A DNA stretch of 64,000 nucleotides, from positions 3,310 to 67,309 of the IMG/VR virus record IMGVR_UViG_3300027985_000412; one strand, written 5' to 3'. Made by a program: the position numbers and the translations under genes. Below are positions 42,351 through 52,170 of the stretch, one piece after another (positions within the stretch are counted from its first letter, which is position 1; each line of letters opens with the position of its first letter). Source of the DNA: a virus. The notes below the pieces were generated by a model. The model did not search any database. It saw only the letters and a program-made list of their open reading frames with translations, and was not told where the DNA came from.

Positions 42351-43736
42351 TTATTGTTTGTCACGATATTTTGCTAGAATTCCTTCAATCCCACTCTTCG
42401 GACCATTGTCCTTAGGGACATACTGAGGATTCTGTGTAAACAGGCCTGGATTAGATTGAACTAACTGGAAAGCTAATTCTTTTTCTAACGTTTCTGCCGT
42501 AAACTCAGCTAATCTCTCGTCTGTGTTATATTGAGAAATTACGTCTTTACTTAACTGCTCAGAGTATTTAGTAATTACCGCATCTTTCTCTTCCTTCTCC
42601 TTCTTTAACTTGAAAGAATTTAAGGATTCAACCTCACCCTCTAACTCTGTCACTCTAGCTTGTGCAGTATGGAGAGAGGTTTCCGCGTTTTGTTTGTCCG
42701 TAGTTAAAGTAGCAATTGTTCCCTCATGCTCTGAAACTTTGGTGCTAAACGTCTCAGCTTTTTGTGAAAAATCGTCTCTTTCAGTTTGCAGAGTCGTATA
42801 GTTCGTATCAATAGCTTCATAAGTTCCACCATTGATTGCACGGAGAGCGTTTAAAGCATTTAATTCAGCAGCAGTTACAAACTCTGCGAATACTTCTTTC
42901 TTTTCTCCGAATGTCACGGCGCCATCTTCGGCCATCGTGTAAGTGATATTAAAATATTTTTCGTCTTCCCAGCTGTGAACGATGACGTGGTCATCATATG
43001 TTGCAACAGGATACAGAGTGAATTCACGCTGTTCTGGATTTAATGCAACAAACAATTTATCACGCTTCTGTTCATCAGAAAGTTTAAAAATCACACTTGG
43101 CATTTTCTGATTTTCTCCTCCTTTCTTCTCTTTTTGAGAATTTAGATTAAATTGTTTAATTTCTTCGACCATCTCTTTCAAAGAGCTATATAGGGAGAAA
43201 AATGCAGAACCTTCGAAACAAGGTTCAACTCCATCTCCGAGAACTTGTAATCCTAAGAAGCTAGCTTCCTTAAATACGAAAACTCTTCTTCCTTGCATTA
43301 CTTTCCATTCTCCTAGAATAGAAGGCTCATAAAGCTCCATTGATTGGCTTTTACCGACAATCTCGTTTGCTTCTTCATAAAGGGCAGTCCACAGAATGAC
43401 ATCGGCGCAAGCGTATTCACGCTCAACCCCATCTTCATCCAGATGTTTCTCCCAAGCAAAATTAGGATTCGCAGCGACTACACCGTAGGCCTGACCTTGA
43501 GTGCGTTTCTTTCCATGGTCAGTAAAATCTTCTCCTTCTCCATCGTAGATTCCTTTAACAGGAGAATACGGAAGAGATTGAACAAGAGTTTCTGCGAACT
43601 CATCTGTAATATAAGTGCCATTTCTATTTAATCCTTTATAAAAAATTCGGACTCTGGCCTGAGAAATTGTATTATTTATTGGCGTCAAATTCCCAAAAAC
43701 CGTCACTGGAAACTCTTTAATTAAATCAAAATTCAT
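42351..43736 (-). CDS. prohead protease-scaffold fusion
   Basis: N-terminal NRNGTYI, QSMEL and LGDGVEPCFEG; C-terminal acidic coiled coil. Confidence 0.75.
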   Translation of the reverse strand: MNFDLIKEFPVTVFGNLTPINNTISQARVRIFYKGLNRNGTYITDEFAETLVQSLPYSPVKGIYDGEGEDFTDHGKKRTQGQAYGVVAANPNFAWEKHLDEDGVEREYACADVILWTALYEEANEIVGKSQSMELYEPSILGEWKVMQGRRVFVFKEASFLGLQVLGDGVEPCFEGSAFFSLYSSLKEMVEEIKQFNLNSQKEKKGGENQKMPSVIFKLSDEQKRDKLFVALNPEQREFTLYPVATYDDHVIVHSWEDEKYFNITYTMAEDGAVTFGEKKEVFAEFVTAAELNALNALRAINGGTYEAIDTNYTTLQTERDDFSQKAETFSTKVSEHEGTIATLTTDKQNAETSLHTAQARVTELEGEVESLNSFKLKKEKEEKDAVITKYSEQLSKDVISQYNTDERLAEFTAETLEKELAFQLVQSNPGLFTQNPQYVPKDNGPKSGIEGILAKYRDKQ

Positions 43737-43753
43737 TTATTGAGCCTCCTCTT

Positions 43754-45232
43754 TTATGTCTTATCCAACGATTCTTCGTTTTCGATAGTCTTCGGTGCCT
43801 TTGTTTCAGCTGTCTTTGCTGGAGCACCTGCAGTTCCTTTATCTCCTCCGCCTGTAGCAGAAGAAGCTAAAGCAATAAGCTTATCTTGAAGTTTTAAGAC
43901 AGTATTCTCCAAGTCTTTAACATTACCCAAGTCTCTTTGAGTCAATCCAGATGCAATAGCTGGAAGTAAGAAACTATAGCCAGTACTTGTTAGCTTATAG
44001 GTATTTGTCACATAGTCTTTTTCGTTGTAATATGAAATAGGAAGTAAAGTGTACTTAAACGAAATATTTGTATTCGCATAAATATCATTCACTAAACGGG
44101 TGATAAATGTTGAAAATCTATCTCCTAAAATCATTACTAACGCAAGGTCATTATTTAAAGAAGTACCCAGCGCAAGATTACCGGTAGCAGCAAATAATTG
44201 TGAACTTGTTCCAGCCTCATAGAAAATATTGTTCATCATCTTTTCTAAGTTGTTAGATGCAGTATCAGATGCTGTCTTTGAAACAATTGAGTCCACTTCT
44301 GCATATGTTGTCAAGACACTAATATTCTTATTAGCCTTCATCATCCCCACCGTTCCGGCGTGGATTTCCTCCGCTTCTTCTGGCTCGAACAATAGCTCTC
44401 CAGTGCTTAAGTGAGGAATTTTTTGAACTATAACCTTACGAATTTCTTCTAAGTCGCGCTCGCGCTCTGTGTCTACAGCTTCATCATATTCAATTGTTGC
44501 AGGAATAGTATTTAAGAAGAGTGGACGTCCGTCTGAGAATGTGAAGTAGATTCCTATCTCTGTGGGTATAAAGACCCAACGCTTTTCGTACTTACCGTTC
44601 TTAAACTGGTTATAAGCCGTCCTTACAATTTTTGGATAAACTGATAAAGCTATATTGCGAGCTTCATCCTCTAAAATGCTATTGAAATACGTAACATCGA
44701 ATTCAATCATGTCGTTGCCATAGATGTCCTTAAACCGAGAGCAACAATATTCGGCCGGTAAATCGAGAACAGAAAATGTCTTCTTATCTACCTGTTGAAT
44801 AATTCCATAATAGGCACCATCAATCAGTGAGCGCAACATAAATGTTTTTAGTAGATTAGGTAAATCCATTGTTTCAACGAAATCAACCGCACTAAAGTAC
44901 TTTTTCTGAATGTGTTCTGTGGAGAGTTTTTTGCCGTAGCCTGGATTGGGAATAAGGATTCCGACATATTTCAGAATAGTTGCATAGTACAGAAGGATGC
45001 GTTTATAGAACCCATCTTTGTAGAAGTAGTTGCGCGACAGTCTAATTTGTTCCGTTAAAGAGCCAGATTCGATAATTCTTTCGATTTCTTCTGGTTCGTA
45101 ATCCTTTAACGTGGAGCGTCTATATCGACTTTCACTAAAGACGTCGAGATAGCCACTATTAGCTACTATCATGTTTTTGTTTGCTTTCTTGAAGGAGTCA
45201 AGGCTAAAAGTTTTTGGTGCTTGATTTGCCAT
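43754..45232 (-). CDS. portal protein
   Basis: 492 aa, directly after the terminase large subunit. Confidence 0.75.
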   Translation of the reverse strand: MANQAPKTFSLDSFKKANKNMIVANSGYLDVFSESRYRRSTLKDYEPEEIERIIESGSLTEQIRLSRNYFYKDGFYKRILLYYATILKYVGILIPNPGYGKKLSTEHIQKKYFSAVDFVETMDLPNLLKTFMLRSLIDGAYYGIIQQVDKKTFSVLDLPAEYCCSRFKDIYGNDMIEFDVTYFNSILEDEARNIALSVYPKIVRTAYNQFKNGKYEKRWVFIPTEIGIYFTFSDGRPLFLNTIPATIEYDEAVDTERERDLEEIRKVIVQKIPHLSTGELLFEPEEAEEIHAGTVGMMKANKNISVLTTYAEVDSIVSKTASDTASNNLEKMMNNIFYEAGTSSQLFAATGNLALGTSLNNDLALVMILGDRFSTFITRLVNDIYANTNISFKYTLLPISYYNEKDYVTNTYKLTSTGYSFLLPAIASGLTQRDLGNVKDLENTVLKLQDKLIALASSATGGGDKGTAGAPAKTAETKAPKTIENEESLDKT

Positions 45233-47022
45233 TACCGTCCCTCCGAGAAGAATACTAATCTTCGATTAGTAACGCTCCTGCGTCGTGTCTTCTTAAAATG
45301 CTCTTCCTCAAGCTCTTTAATACGCCATAGTCCATATTCAAATGATGAGAATTTGTCCTTTGGATATCTTGAGTTGATTTGTTCAAGCACGATATCGAGA
45401 CCACTGCCAGTTCGCTTCAAACGTAGATTGGCCATTTCTTCAAATAATCGTGTTGTCATTTCATGCGGCATTAAACGTTTGATACGTTGTTCTACCGTCA
45501 TTTTTTGACCGGTTTTTGTAGCCATTAGTTTGTTCTTTGCTTCTTGCTCTTTAATCAAGAAACGAACTGACCCGCTAGAAATTCTAGCATAACAATTACC
45601 GTGAATTTTGCTGTTTAGTGGCCCATTAGCTTTTAAAACATAGATAATCTGTCTAGCATCTTTGGGCTGCACTTTCTTATATTCCGCATCATTGAAACTT
45701 CCATATGCTGGATAATAAGTTCCATCAAGGTCATAATGAGCATGAATCATCTCGTCGCAGAGACCGATACCAAGACCGTTACCGTCGATTACAACTTCTT
45801 TCGGATTGAAAGCTGCAATAATCTTCTTTAGGTCTATGGCTTGGCGCTGGAAGGTTTTTGATTCTGAGCTCTTACCTAGCACATAGATATTTACTAAACT
45901 AGCAGTAAATTTATTGTTTGAAACATTTACACGGAATACACAGCAAACGGTTTGGTCAGAAAGTCTACCAACGTCTACTGATAATAAGTAGAAATGCTTC
46001 GAGCCTTTTATAACTTTTTCGTGCGTTTCAGGGTTTAGCAGTTTTCTATATTTTGATAAACTATCATAATTAAACCATGACTCATCTGAGCCACCAGTCC
46101 AAACAGAAAGATACTCTCGCGCAAAAGAATCTTCCTTATAAGTCGGAGACATCTTAAGCTCTTGAATAAATTGTTTATCAATTAGTCCGTGCATCATTGG
46201 AATACGATAATCACAACCCCAAACGAAAGAAGAGTTCGGTTGAATAATACTCATCTCAAAGCACTCAATCAACTTCTCATATGCGAAAGAAGATTTAACT
46301 CCAGCAGAAGTCATGTAGAATTGCGCTTGGTGAGATTCAAATGGATTCACATCTCCCTTTGGAGTACGTCTTGAAACGTTCATCAAAGGAAGCACAACTT
46401 CATTCAAAATATCTCCATCGTGGTCTCGAACCTCGTCGATTAAACCACCTTGACGACGACCACCACGGGTGGTGTCCAAAGCGCCCACAACGTCGAATAT
46501 AGAACCATTTCTGAAGGTAAGTGTAACATAGTCTTTCCCAAAATTACCCTCCCCAATTATCTCCTTCTTCAATAAAGGAAATATATTCCATAGCTCAAAG
46601 AGTTTTTCTTTTGCGATTTTCGCCGACTGTTCTTTCGCTGGCGCGCAAATAAAGAATTTTGCACGAGGTTGGAACATACATTTTAGATAGAAACCAAGAA
46701 TAGCGATGAAGGATTTTGAGAACGCACGAGGAGCGGTACAGTAATGGTATCTGTAACGAAGACACGCGCGCAAGAAGATTCTTTGATAGAAGAATAGTTT
46801 AAAGGATGAATCGGAAGGAGTTACTAGGTCAATAAATAAATCTGGATATGCCGAAAAGAAGTTGCAATATTTCTGGAACAACATCTCGTTCTTGACGAGT
46901 TTATCTTCCGTTAAAACAACTCCCTTTTCTAATTCAGTTCCATCTTTATAGTATTTTTGAACTTTTTCTCCAAATCTATCGACACTAGTTTTAATTAAAA
47001 GCTGAGTATCATTATTGTCCAT
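45232..47022 (-). CDS. terL: terminase large subunit
   Basis: LFFYQRIFL, Walker A-like APRAFSKS, Walker B LIDE, MTSAG; nuclease domain VDVGR, IDGNGLG, KDKFSS. Confidence 0.92.
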   Translation of the reverse strand: MDNNDTQLLIKTSVDRFGEKVQKYYKDGTELEKGVVLTEDKLVKNEMLFQKYCNFFSAYPDLFIDLVTPSDSSFKLFFYQRIFLRACLRYRYHYCTAPRAFSKSFIAILGFYLKCMFQPRAKFFICAPAKEQSAKIAKEKLFELWNIFPLLKKEIIGEGNFGKDYVTLTFRNGSIFDVVGALDTTRGGRRQGGLIDEVRDHDGDILNEVVLPLMNVSRRTPKGDVNPFESHQAQFYMTSAGVKSSFAYEKLIECFEMSIIQPNSSFVWGCDYRIPMMHGLIDKQFIQELKMSPTYKEDSFAREYLSVWTGGSDESWFNYDSLSKYRKLLNPETHEKVIKGSKHFYLLSVDVGRLSDQTVCCVFRVNVSNNKFTASLVNIYVLGKSSESKTFQRQAIDLKKIIAAFNPKEVVIDGNGLGIGLCDEMIHAHYDLDGTYYPAYGSFNDAEYKKVQPKDARQIIYVLKANGPLNSKIHGNCYARISSGSVRFLIKEQEAKNKLMATKTGQKMTVEQRIKRLMPHEMTTRLFEEMANLRLKRTGSGLDIVLEQINSRYPKDKFSSFEYGLWRIKELEEEHFKKTRRRSVTNRRLVFFSEGR

Positions 47023-47992
47023 CTTCTTCAATCTCCGCTTCAAATTCCTCTTCTACATCATCCATTGCCCTTCTTTCATATTCATCTAAATCGTAATCTT
47101 GTTTTAAACTATAAGTATCCTCCATTTCCTGAGCCACCTTTAAGCTCTGAATACGATTCTCAATCTCTTCTCCAATTCCTGCTTCATTTGTGTATAGGCG
47201 CTGATTAAAGGCTTGAATATTCTGCATTGTTTCATCAACAACATCTCGTTTCACATTGTCGAAGAAACGGTTTACCCAACCTCTCTTCTCCAACCATAGG
47301 AAGATTTCTCCTACAGAGTCAAAGTCTTTCGCATTCTTAGCATTCTTAGGAGTAAATTCAGCTACCTTAACTAACTTATCATAAGAAGTCAATAGCTTAT
47401 CAAAATCTTCCCCCATTCTAATACGCGAGTCGAGTTCTAAAGAAATCTTACATAGTTTAACTGCTTGGTCTTCTTGAAGCGCGCCATTAATATTCTGAGT
47501 CGCAAATAGACCAGTCTTTAGGTTATCAAGATAAATTAAATCTTCATCTGGATAGTTGTTTCCGAAAGTCTTCCGAAGTTTGCGGAACTTTTCTTCTCGA
47601 AGCTCAGGCAATTCTTCTTCGATTAACCCTGCTTCTTGGAGTTTTTTGAATTCCCTAAAATAGACCCCCCAATCTAAACCCTCATATTCTGTACTCATGA
47701 AGACTGCCGCATAGATCGGAAACACATCATCCCCATTCATTTTGTGAAGTTTTTCGAACTCGTTCGGGATAAATGGGATGTCTGCCCATTGGCAAATTTT
47801 GTCAATTATATGCCAATCAAAATCAGCTTCAACTAGCATTTCACGAATACAGTTGTTACAAATTGGGAGTAGTCCGTCGGGATAGAAAAGGGATTTTGTT
47901 GGGGCGAATTGTTCCGACCCCAACATATCTTTACACTTATTACATGTCTTGATTGTTGCTTTCTTTTTTGGAATATTAGGGGTTAATGCCAT
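47012..47992 (-). CDS. Zn-finger protein, possible terminase small subunit
   Basis: CNKC...CNNC; immediately upstream of terL; GGAGG RBS before MALTP. Confidence 0.55.
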   Translation of the reverse strand: MALTPNIPKKKATIKTCNKCKDMLGSEQFAPTKSLFYPDGLLPICNNCIREMLVEADFDWHIIDKICQWADIPFIPNEFEKLHKMNGDDVFPIYAAVFMSTEYEGLDWGVYFREFKKLQEAGLIEEELPELREEKFRKLRKTFGNNYPDEDLIYLDNLKTGLFATQNINGALQEDQAVKLCKISLELDSRIRMGEDFDKLLTSYDKLVKVAEFTPKNAKNAKDFDSVGEIFLWLEKRGWVNRFFDNVKRDVVDETMQNIQAFNQRLYTNEAGIGEEIENRIQSLKVAQEMEDTYSLKQDYDLDEYERRAMDDVEEEFEAEIEEDGQ

Positions 47993-48287
47993 TTTTCTTC
48001 GCCTCCGCTTTTGCAAGCTTCCTACTTTGCGAAATTGAATCTTGCATTGCTTTTAAGAGTTGGCGAGCAGATTTTCGATTAATTGTGATAAATTTATCGA
48101 GTAAGTCTGAGAATAGATCCTCAAACTGTTTTGGGTCACCCGTAATTGTAAGGATCGGTACTTGTAAAATGCGGGCAATACCAATAACTTCAACTGCTTC
48201 CAACTTAACCATTAAATTAATGAAGCGCAAGACTGTTTCTTCTTCTTCGAGAGTTAGTTCTCGATTGTCTTTTGGTTCTTGTACCAT
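47976..48287 (-). CDS. hypothetical protein
   Basis: AGGAG RBS, 103 aa. Confidence 0.6.
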   Translation of the reverse strand: MVQEPKDNRELTLEEEETVLRFINLMVKLEAVEVIGIARILQVPILTITGDPKQFEDLFSDLLDKFITINRKSARQLLKAMQDSISQSRKLAKAEAKKNGINP

Positions 48288-48290
48288 TGG

Positions 48291-49598
48291 TTAATTCTCC
48301 TTTAATTTTTTACTTTGTCTTTCCGCTTTATCACACTTCTTACAACGATTTGAGTACCCATCAGAAGCGCGGGCCTTACGAACGAAATTATGGGTGTCGC
48401 GCAGTAGAAGTACCCCACATGTGTTGCAATTCTTGAAGTTTTCGGGAAAGGCTAGATTTTCAATTAGGAGAGCGTGATATTGAGCTGCTTCCGCAACCCT
48501 CATACAAATCTTTTGACGGAAGATTGTGGAGATATAGTTTGAGGTATATGTTTTGTTGAACTGTTTGTTGATGGAGTCTGCTATGTCTTGGTTTTTGACT
48601 CTCCTTTTCTTTAAGTTGAGGATTTGGATTTGAACTTCGTCGAGTTCGGCCATTTCCACATAAAAGTTTAGGGTTTTTAGAACGAAAGGGGTAGTGGTCT
48701 CAGGATCATCAAGAGAATCTTCTTCAAGTTCAAAGCAGTAAAGGAATAGATTGTAGATATGCTCTAAGTTGGTGAAGTCGAGAAGAGTCGCTGCGCCCGT
48801 GTGAGATTTTTGCTCATAATAAAACGAAGATATCTGTTTGACGGAATCTTCGTTGAAAGAGTCGTTTGTGACTTTCGAGAAGATACGCTGCGCCATCGGT
48901 GTATCATTAAAGAGACCGAGAGGTAGAACTGGAACTGTATCTTCGAAAGGTATGTGGTCGTTAAGAAAAACCGGAGCACGATACGGTGTTTTTGGTGTGA
49001 TCTCGGTTACGTAGGAGTCACGGATTGTATATTGTTCACGACGCAATTCAACTAGAAGGTGGCGCATTTTATAGTAGGAATAGAGTTTTAGAGAGGCTGC
49101 TTTTTGTTTTGCGTTCTCGATTTGCTCGGGAGTAAAACGGTCAAGTAGGTCTTTTCTTGGGTCTTTCTTACGTTTATTGTGCGCGAGGTCATAGAAATTT
49201 AGGACGAGTTCTAGTGCGTCAATCTGCTTCCATAAGTCGTGAAGTTCCGTAATATGTGAATTTTCTTCGCGAGAAAAAACCACTTTAGGAGTCCGGTAAT
49301 GGGGTTGATTAGGGCCTTGGATTTGATTTTCCGAGAAAGTAGGGGACTCTAAGAGACCGTCAAGAGATTCAACAGGTTTCTTAGACCAAGTAGAGTAGCG
49401 AGTTTCGATTTCGATTTCTCCTCTGTCTACTACGTTTTCTCCGTCTATGTCTTTGCCGTAAAGCATATAGTTTGCGATTGTTTCGAGTTCCTTTTCGGTT
49501 AATTTACCTTCGGGAAAGTTTTCTTCCAGATAGTCTTCTACGAAGCGTTTGCGCCCATAGATATCTGGTATTGTAAAATCTAATTTAAGTCTATTCAT
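48291..49598 (-). CDS. putative DNA-binding protein (C-terminal HTH-like plus Zn finger)
   Basis: LDEVQIQILNL...NQDIADSIN...YISTIF resembles a sigma region 4-type HTH; CNTC...CKKC; first gene of the - strand block. Confidence 0.55.
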   Translation of the reverse strand: MNRLKLDFTIPDIYGRKRFVEDYLEENFPEGKLTEKELETIANYMLYGKDIDGENVVDRGEIEIETRYSTWSKKPVESLDGLLESPTFSENQIQGPNQPHYRTPKVVFSREENSHITELHDLWKQIDALELVLNFYDLAHNKRKKDPRKDLLDRFTPEQIENAKQKAASLKLYSYYKMRHLLVELRREQYTIRDSYVTEITPKTPYRAPVFLNDHIPFEDTVPVLPLGLFNDTPMAQRIFSKVTNDSFNEDSVKQISSFYYEQKSHTGAATLLDFTNLEHIYNLFLYCFELEEDSLDDPETTTPFVLKTLNFYVEMAELDEVQIQILNLKKRRVKNQDIADSINKQFNKTYTSNYISTIFRQKICMRVAEAAQYHALLIENLAFPENFKNCNTCGVLLLRDTHNFVRKARASDGYSNRCKKCDKAERQSKKLKEN

Positions 49599-49672
49599 TG
49601 AGTAGAATCACCTGTTGTTTATTTTAGAATAGAGGCGGGAGAGAGGAAACAGTTTTCCTACTCTCTAACTAT

Positions 49673-49701
49673 AGTATAATGGAAATTCGGCCAAAAGTCA
49701 A
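49673..49701 (-). promoter_or_regulatory. SigA-type promoter heading the morphogenesis strand
   Basis: TTGACT - 17 bp - TATACT on the - strand. Confidence 0.7.
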
Positions 49702-49927
49702 ATTTTTTCAATTGCGCGAAGGTAGCTATCGTTTAGGAGATGGCTATTTTGAAAAATCGATTCGTGGGGTATTTGTACGAGGGCCGGAATTTCCAGCAAA
49801 TGGAAAATCCAGTTTTTCCCAAAATACACCCCCAGTTATTACCAGTCAATCCTTGCCAGTTAGTTGACGCTAACTTTCCTAGAAATATTATCCAGAAAAA
49901 AAATAAAAAAAAAAATATAAAAAAGTC

Positions 49928-49956
49928 TTGCAATTCTTAGACGTATCTGTTATACT
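49928..49956 (+). promoter_or_regulatory. SigA-type promoter containing a TTAGACGT half-site in its spacer
   Basis: TTGCAA (49928) - 17 bp - TATACT (49951); TTAGACGT at 49937-49944. Confidence 0.75.
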
Positions 49957-50000
49957 TTATATAAGGTCAGAAATGACCAAAATACAGGAGGTAGAAAAAA

Positions 50001-50555
50001 ATGGCAAGAAAACTTCTCAAAGACACTTTGGCGGATTATATGGAATATGCAAAATCTGTCAACGTGCATGTAAAGCCCGTCAAAGGTGTTCACAGTGGCG
50101 CAAAGGGCAGACCGTATGAAATGGCGGTCAAAGTGGCAATTACTCCCAATTCTAAAGCTGCTGGCGTTGCCAAAGCTGGAAGAATTGACCATCGTGCGGG
50201 CGGTATCCGCTACGAAATCAAAACAGGATGCGGTGAAATCTGCCGTATCAATCCTGAGACAGGCGAAATGTCAAAGCCTTTTGGCGGTGCGGATTATGTC
50301 ATATACTGCCCATTCTTCAACCTGAATGAAGCTGTAGAGACTCAATCCTACGTAGTACCAACAGCCGAAATGGTGGCTCTACTGGAAGAACTTGGATTGG
50401 TTAGAACAAAAGCCTCAACGAGTAGCTACAGAAATGGCGTGGCGGTCATCGACAGAATAACAATTCAGAGCTTCAGCAACAGCAGGAAAAAAGAGGAAGC
50501 CCTGTATGCGGCACTTGACCAATATCCGAAGCTCGGTGAGTGGTTGGAACAATAA
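50001..50555 (+). CDS. PD-(D/E)XK restriction-endonuclease-fold protein (putative)
   Basis: GRPYE...GRID...YEIKTG...DYVIY pattern; AGGAGG RBS. Confidence 0.6.
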   Translation: MARKLLKDTLADYMEYAKSVNVHVKPVKGVHSGAKGRPYEMAVKVAITPNSKAAGVAKAGRIDHRAGGIRYEIKTGCGEICRINPETGEMSKPFGGADYVIYCPFFNLNEAVETQSYVVPTAEMVALLEELGLVRTKASTSSYRNGVAVIDRITIQSFSNSRKKEEALYAALDQYPKLGEWLEQ

Positions 50556-50610
50556 GGAAGGAAGGGCAGGGGAGAAATCCCCTGCCACCTACAAAATAGG
50601 AGGAAGAAAA

Positions 50611-50766
50611 ATGGAAACTAAAAAATGGAATGTAACCTACATGAGCACATATGGATTCCACGTTACAATAACAGGAGTTGAAGCGCTGAACAGTACGAGC
50701 GCAGGAGAGAAAGTCCAAAGAACAGCTAAGGACTGGAAGCGTAGAATTAAAGTGGAACAGGCGTAA
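50611..50766 (+). CDS. small hypothetical protein
   Basis: AGGAGG RBS before ATG 50611; stop codon lies in a hairpin loop. Confidence 0.6.
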   Translation: METKKWNVTYMSTYGFHVTITGVEALNSTSAGEKVQRTAKDWKRRIKVEQA

Positions 50767-50790
50767 GCCTGTTCCAAGAAAGGATTTACC

Positions 50791-51090
50791 ATGTTAAACT
50801 ATTCATCAAAAGAAAACGAGCAGCTACTATTTGAGGGATTGAAAATTTATTTCCAATTCCAGACAGCAATGGCATCCTGTCGTGAGCGTATATTTAACGA
50901 CGAATGGCCGCATGAGTTAGGCGTTACACCAAACGAGTTAAATATTCAAATGGCGCGTTTACTAGGTAATGAGGACGAAGTCCGCGATTTCTATTTCTAC
51001 TGTGACAATACACTTCTAAAGGGAATGTATTATCCATCACAAACGAAGATACGCGAGAAGTTGAAGGAAATTCGTTCCATGGAAATATAA
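50791..51090 (+). CDS. hypothetical protein
   Basis: 99 aa, AAGGA RBS, followed by a hairpin. Confidence 0.6.
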   Translation: MLNYSSKENEQLLFEGLKIYFQFQTAMASCRERIFNDEWPHELGVTPNELNIQMARLLGNEDEVRDFYFYCDNTLLKGMYYPSQTKIREKLKEIRSMEI

Positions 51091-51201
51091 GGGAATTTAT
51101 TCCCTTATTAATCTTAGACGTGGCACGTCTAAGGTTTTCCCCTTGACTATCTTATCACTATGTGATAAGATAGTACTATCAAGAGAGGGAGGAATACCAA
51201 A

Positions 51202-51375
51202 ATGGCAACAGTCAAAACTTCGAACCTTAAGGATTACACGCGTGAGGAAGCGTACGCGATGAGTCAGACCGTCGGCAAGGCGTGGGATGAGTTCATGGCT
51301 CGCGAAGCTGAGAAGGCTGAGGAAGCCTCAGCTGAGCCGGAACCCGACGCCGAAGAGGTGGAAGGGGACGAGTAG
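51202..51375 (+). CDS. 57-aa acidic protein (absent from ORF track)
   Basis: GGAGG RBS; MATVKTSNLKDY...EPEPDAEEVEGDE. Confidence 0.7.
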   Translation: MATVKTSNLKDYTREEAYAMSQTVGKAWDEFMAREAEKAEEASAEPEPDAEEVEGDE

Positions 51376-51377
51376 GA

Positions 51378-51461
51378 ATGAAAGAGAAGCTGAAAGCTAT
51401 AGTGCTGTTAGAGCTTGCTATACTTCTGCCACTCGCCTTCGTGATACACTTCTTCTTTTAG
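51378..51461 (+). CDS. 27-aa hydrophobic peptide (absent from ORF track)
   Basis: MKEKLKAIVLLELAILLPLAFVIHFFF; starts 2 bp after the previous stop and ends at a hairpin. Confidence 0.5.
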   Translation: MKEKLKAIVLLELAILLPLAFVIHFFF

Positions 51462-51571
51462 GGGATTTTCCCCTAAAAGAAGTCTTAGACGTAATACGTC
51501 TAAGATAATCACTTGTATTTTCTTATCGTTTGGGTTATAATAATAATACAGTAAGGAAAGGAGTTGCACAA

Positions 51572-51730
51572 ATGAGAAGTTTAGTTCGTTGCTTGCGCGC
51601 TAAATCAGAGGATGAATTTTCAGAAGGTTTCAAAGTCATAGACAAATTTTTGTCGATAATTGGTTATGGAGCTATCACAGTATTTGTTCTCTATCTCGGC
51701 GTCCACGGTGTTTTTTACCTCCTTAAGTAA
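51572..51730 (+). CDS. small membrane protein
   Basis: AAGGAG RBS; C-terminal hydrophobic segment. Confidence 0.6.
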   Translation: MRSLVRCLRAKSEDEFSEGFKVIDKFLSIIGYGAITVFVLYLGVHGVFYLLK

Positions 51731-52170
51731 AAACCAAACCTTTCTATCTGTTACGGACGGACTTGCCACCGTCCGTATTTTTATTTTATTCTTAGACGTA
51801 CAACGTCTAGGAAAAAAGGTTGTTTTTTTTTGTCGAATCGCATATAATACATATATAAGGTAACAAACATACATAAATAATATCCAATACAGTAGACAAA
51901 AACCAAAAGTAACGAATGTAACCAATGTAACAAGAATGTAAAAATGGAAAAGTATTCTGTCACATTATTTCCCATATTCTGACATCAGTGAAAGAGGGAG
52001 ATTTGTCAGTGCAATAGAGAAAGGATACTTTGATTCTACCGATAGAAGTCAAAATGAGCTACGTTTTAAGAAATGAGCTACGATTAGACGTGTAACGTCT
52101 AAAAAAATTTCTTGACTTTTATTAATGTCAATGATATAATTATAACATCAAAAGGAAGGGGAATAAAACA

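Noticed and set aside
51287-51508. 73-aa ORF from the track
   Set aside because: Out of frame with the RBS-led 51202-51375 ORF and crosses the hairpin and palindrome.
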